Source of the DNA: Clostridia bacterium
GTDB lineage: Bacteria > Bacillota > Clostridia > Oscillospirales > CAG-272
DNA length: 56,957 bases
Direction: 5' to 3'
Assembly (NCBI GenBank): GCA_017938885.1
Contig: JAGBAS010000066.1
Coordinates: 1-56,957 of the forward strand
A program made the position numbers and the translations under genes. Every line of letters begins with the position of its first letter. Position 1 is the stretch's first letter. Positions 55,843 to 56,957 of the stretch are shown here, in pieces. The notes beneath the pieces were generated by a model. It was not told the DNA's origin. It saw only the letters and a program-made list of their open reading frames with translations, and did not search any database.

Positions 55843-56898
55843 ATGAAAAGCGAAAGCACTCGCTTGGTAAGCCGTGCGTGGGCTCCGTGGCTCAAGCTGT
55901 TGGCCTGCCTTCTTTCCGTGTTGCTGGTTCTGTATGCGGTTCCGACCAGCGTATATGCCGAACTGATTGAAACCGTTGAATCAGCCCTTGACCAAGATAA
56001 TGAAGCCACCGCAAATGCGGCTGACGATGACAGGGATGCTGTATTTGAAATTACGGACCGCCGCGAAGAAACCGTAAAACACTTCCGCACAGAAGACGGC
56101 TCCTTTACCGCCGTTCAGTACAATATGCCCGTTCATGAAAAGGACGAGAACGGTGAATGGCAGGATATTGATAATACCCTGTCTGAATCGGGTAGTGAAT
56201 ATGCTACACCCAATGCTAAAATCAAGTTCACCAAAAAGATCCCGGGCAATGAAGGCATTTTCACACTCCACGACGGAAACCGCAAGATCACCATGAGCCT
56301 GTCCGGTGCCAACAAGAAGGTAGCAGGTCAGGTCACCAACACCCAGACCGAGTTCCCCGAGAATGCCACCCAGCTTCAGAAGATGATGACCCTGGATAAG
56401 CTGTCCTCCAAAATCCTGTACCCCGAAATTCTGGACGGCGTCGATCTTGAATACGTGGTGAATTCCTGCAACATTAAGGAAAACATCATCGTTAAGGAAC
56501 GTGCTGATTCCTACAGCTACACCTTTGAGATCCAGCTGAACAATCTGGAAGCCATGCTCTGTGAGGACGGTTCTGTTGCAATTTCGGATCCCGACATGGA
56601 CGAAGTTGTTTATACCATCCCCAAGGGTTATATGTATGATGCTACCGGTGAGTATTCCGATGCTGTGGAATATACCTTGACCAATGGCGGGAACGGTAAA
56701 TACTCCCTGACCGTGACGGCGGATGCGGAGTGGATCAATGCTGAAGAGAGAGTTTTCCCGGTAACCATTGATCCTCCTATCACGGTTAATTCCAATTCGC
56801 AAATGACCGATACCTATTTGCTGTTTGCTCAGATGAAACGAAGAGCATTGCCTACTTTGTTTGCATCGACAACAAACTGTACTCTGCATCAGAAATGA
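55843..56898 (+). pseudogene. truncated N-terminus of a secreted Rhs/WapA-type (DNRLRE-domain) protein
   Basis: signal peptide; REETVKHF..DGSFTAVQY..PVH...W.DIDNTL, IKENIIVK, W.NAEERVFPVTIDP; similarity stops right after MTDTY. Confidence 0.7.
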
Positions 56899-56957
56899 TC
56901 AGGCTGAGCTATGCAGTCAGTTTGGAAACATCCGCCTTTTGGAAGCACTTTTTCCCT

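Larger units (their letters stand above)
52533..56957. mobile_element. decaying genomic island at the 3' end of tRNA-Glu
   Basis: recombinase remnant next to the tRNA, visibly lower GC, regulators and a truncated Rhs-type gene; the far boundary is not in the window. Confidence 0.65.

Overview
Chromosomal window from a GC-rich Bacillota (Clostridia-like; sigma-A promoters, CIRCE-controlled groESL, tRNA-Glu(CTC)). Taxonomy is inferred from gene content only. 1-13.9 kb is a + strand housekeeping run (Gfo/Idh/MocA oxidoreductase, coaE, lytic transglycosylase, M18 aminopeptidase, prfA, a GH36-like gene, sua5/tsaC, a lone type IIA topoisomerase A subunit, RluA, a zincin, murA). 14-33 kb mixes a chromate-transporter pair, glycan enzymes (GH38, a beta-propeller GH, a DUF6259-like protein, a GH99-like lipoprotein, a multi-module surface protein with a Cys-containing C-terminal anchor), a decayed DDE transposase, REP/MITE-like repeats and two small accessory segments downstream of groEL. 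33-52 kb holds central metabolism (glpK, pgi, pyk, pfkA, truA, cinA), three orphan solute-binding lipoproteins and two BspA-type LRR proteins. After tRNA-Glu comes a decaying island: an internally deleted serine recombinase, origin-like hairpins, an XRE regulator, a sigma-like protein and a truncated Rhs/WapA-type gene. The best candidate for an undescribed system is at 22376-22929 (minus strand): promoter, then a ~140-nt rod/three-way-junction RNA, an intrinsic terminator, an SD-sequestering hairpin and a small DUF6809-like gene. All family assignments come from motif recognition by eye; no searches were run.
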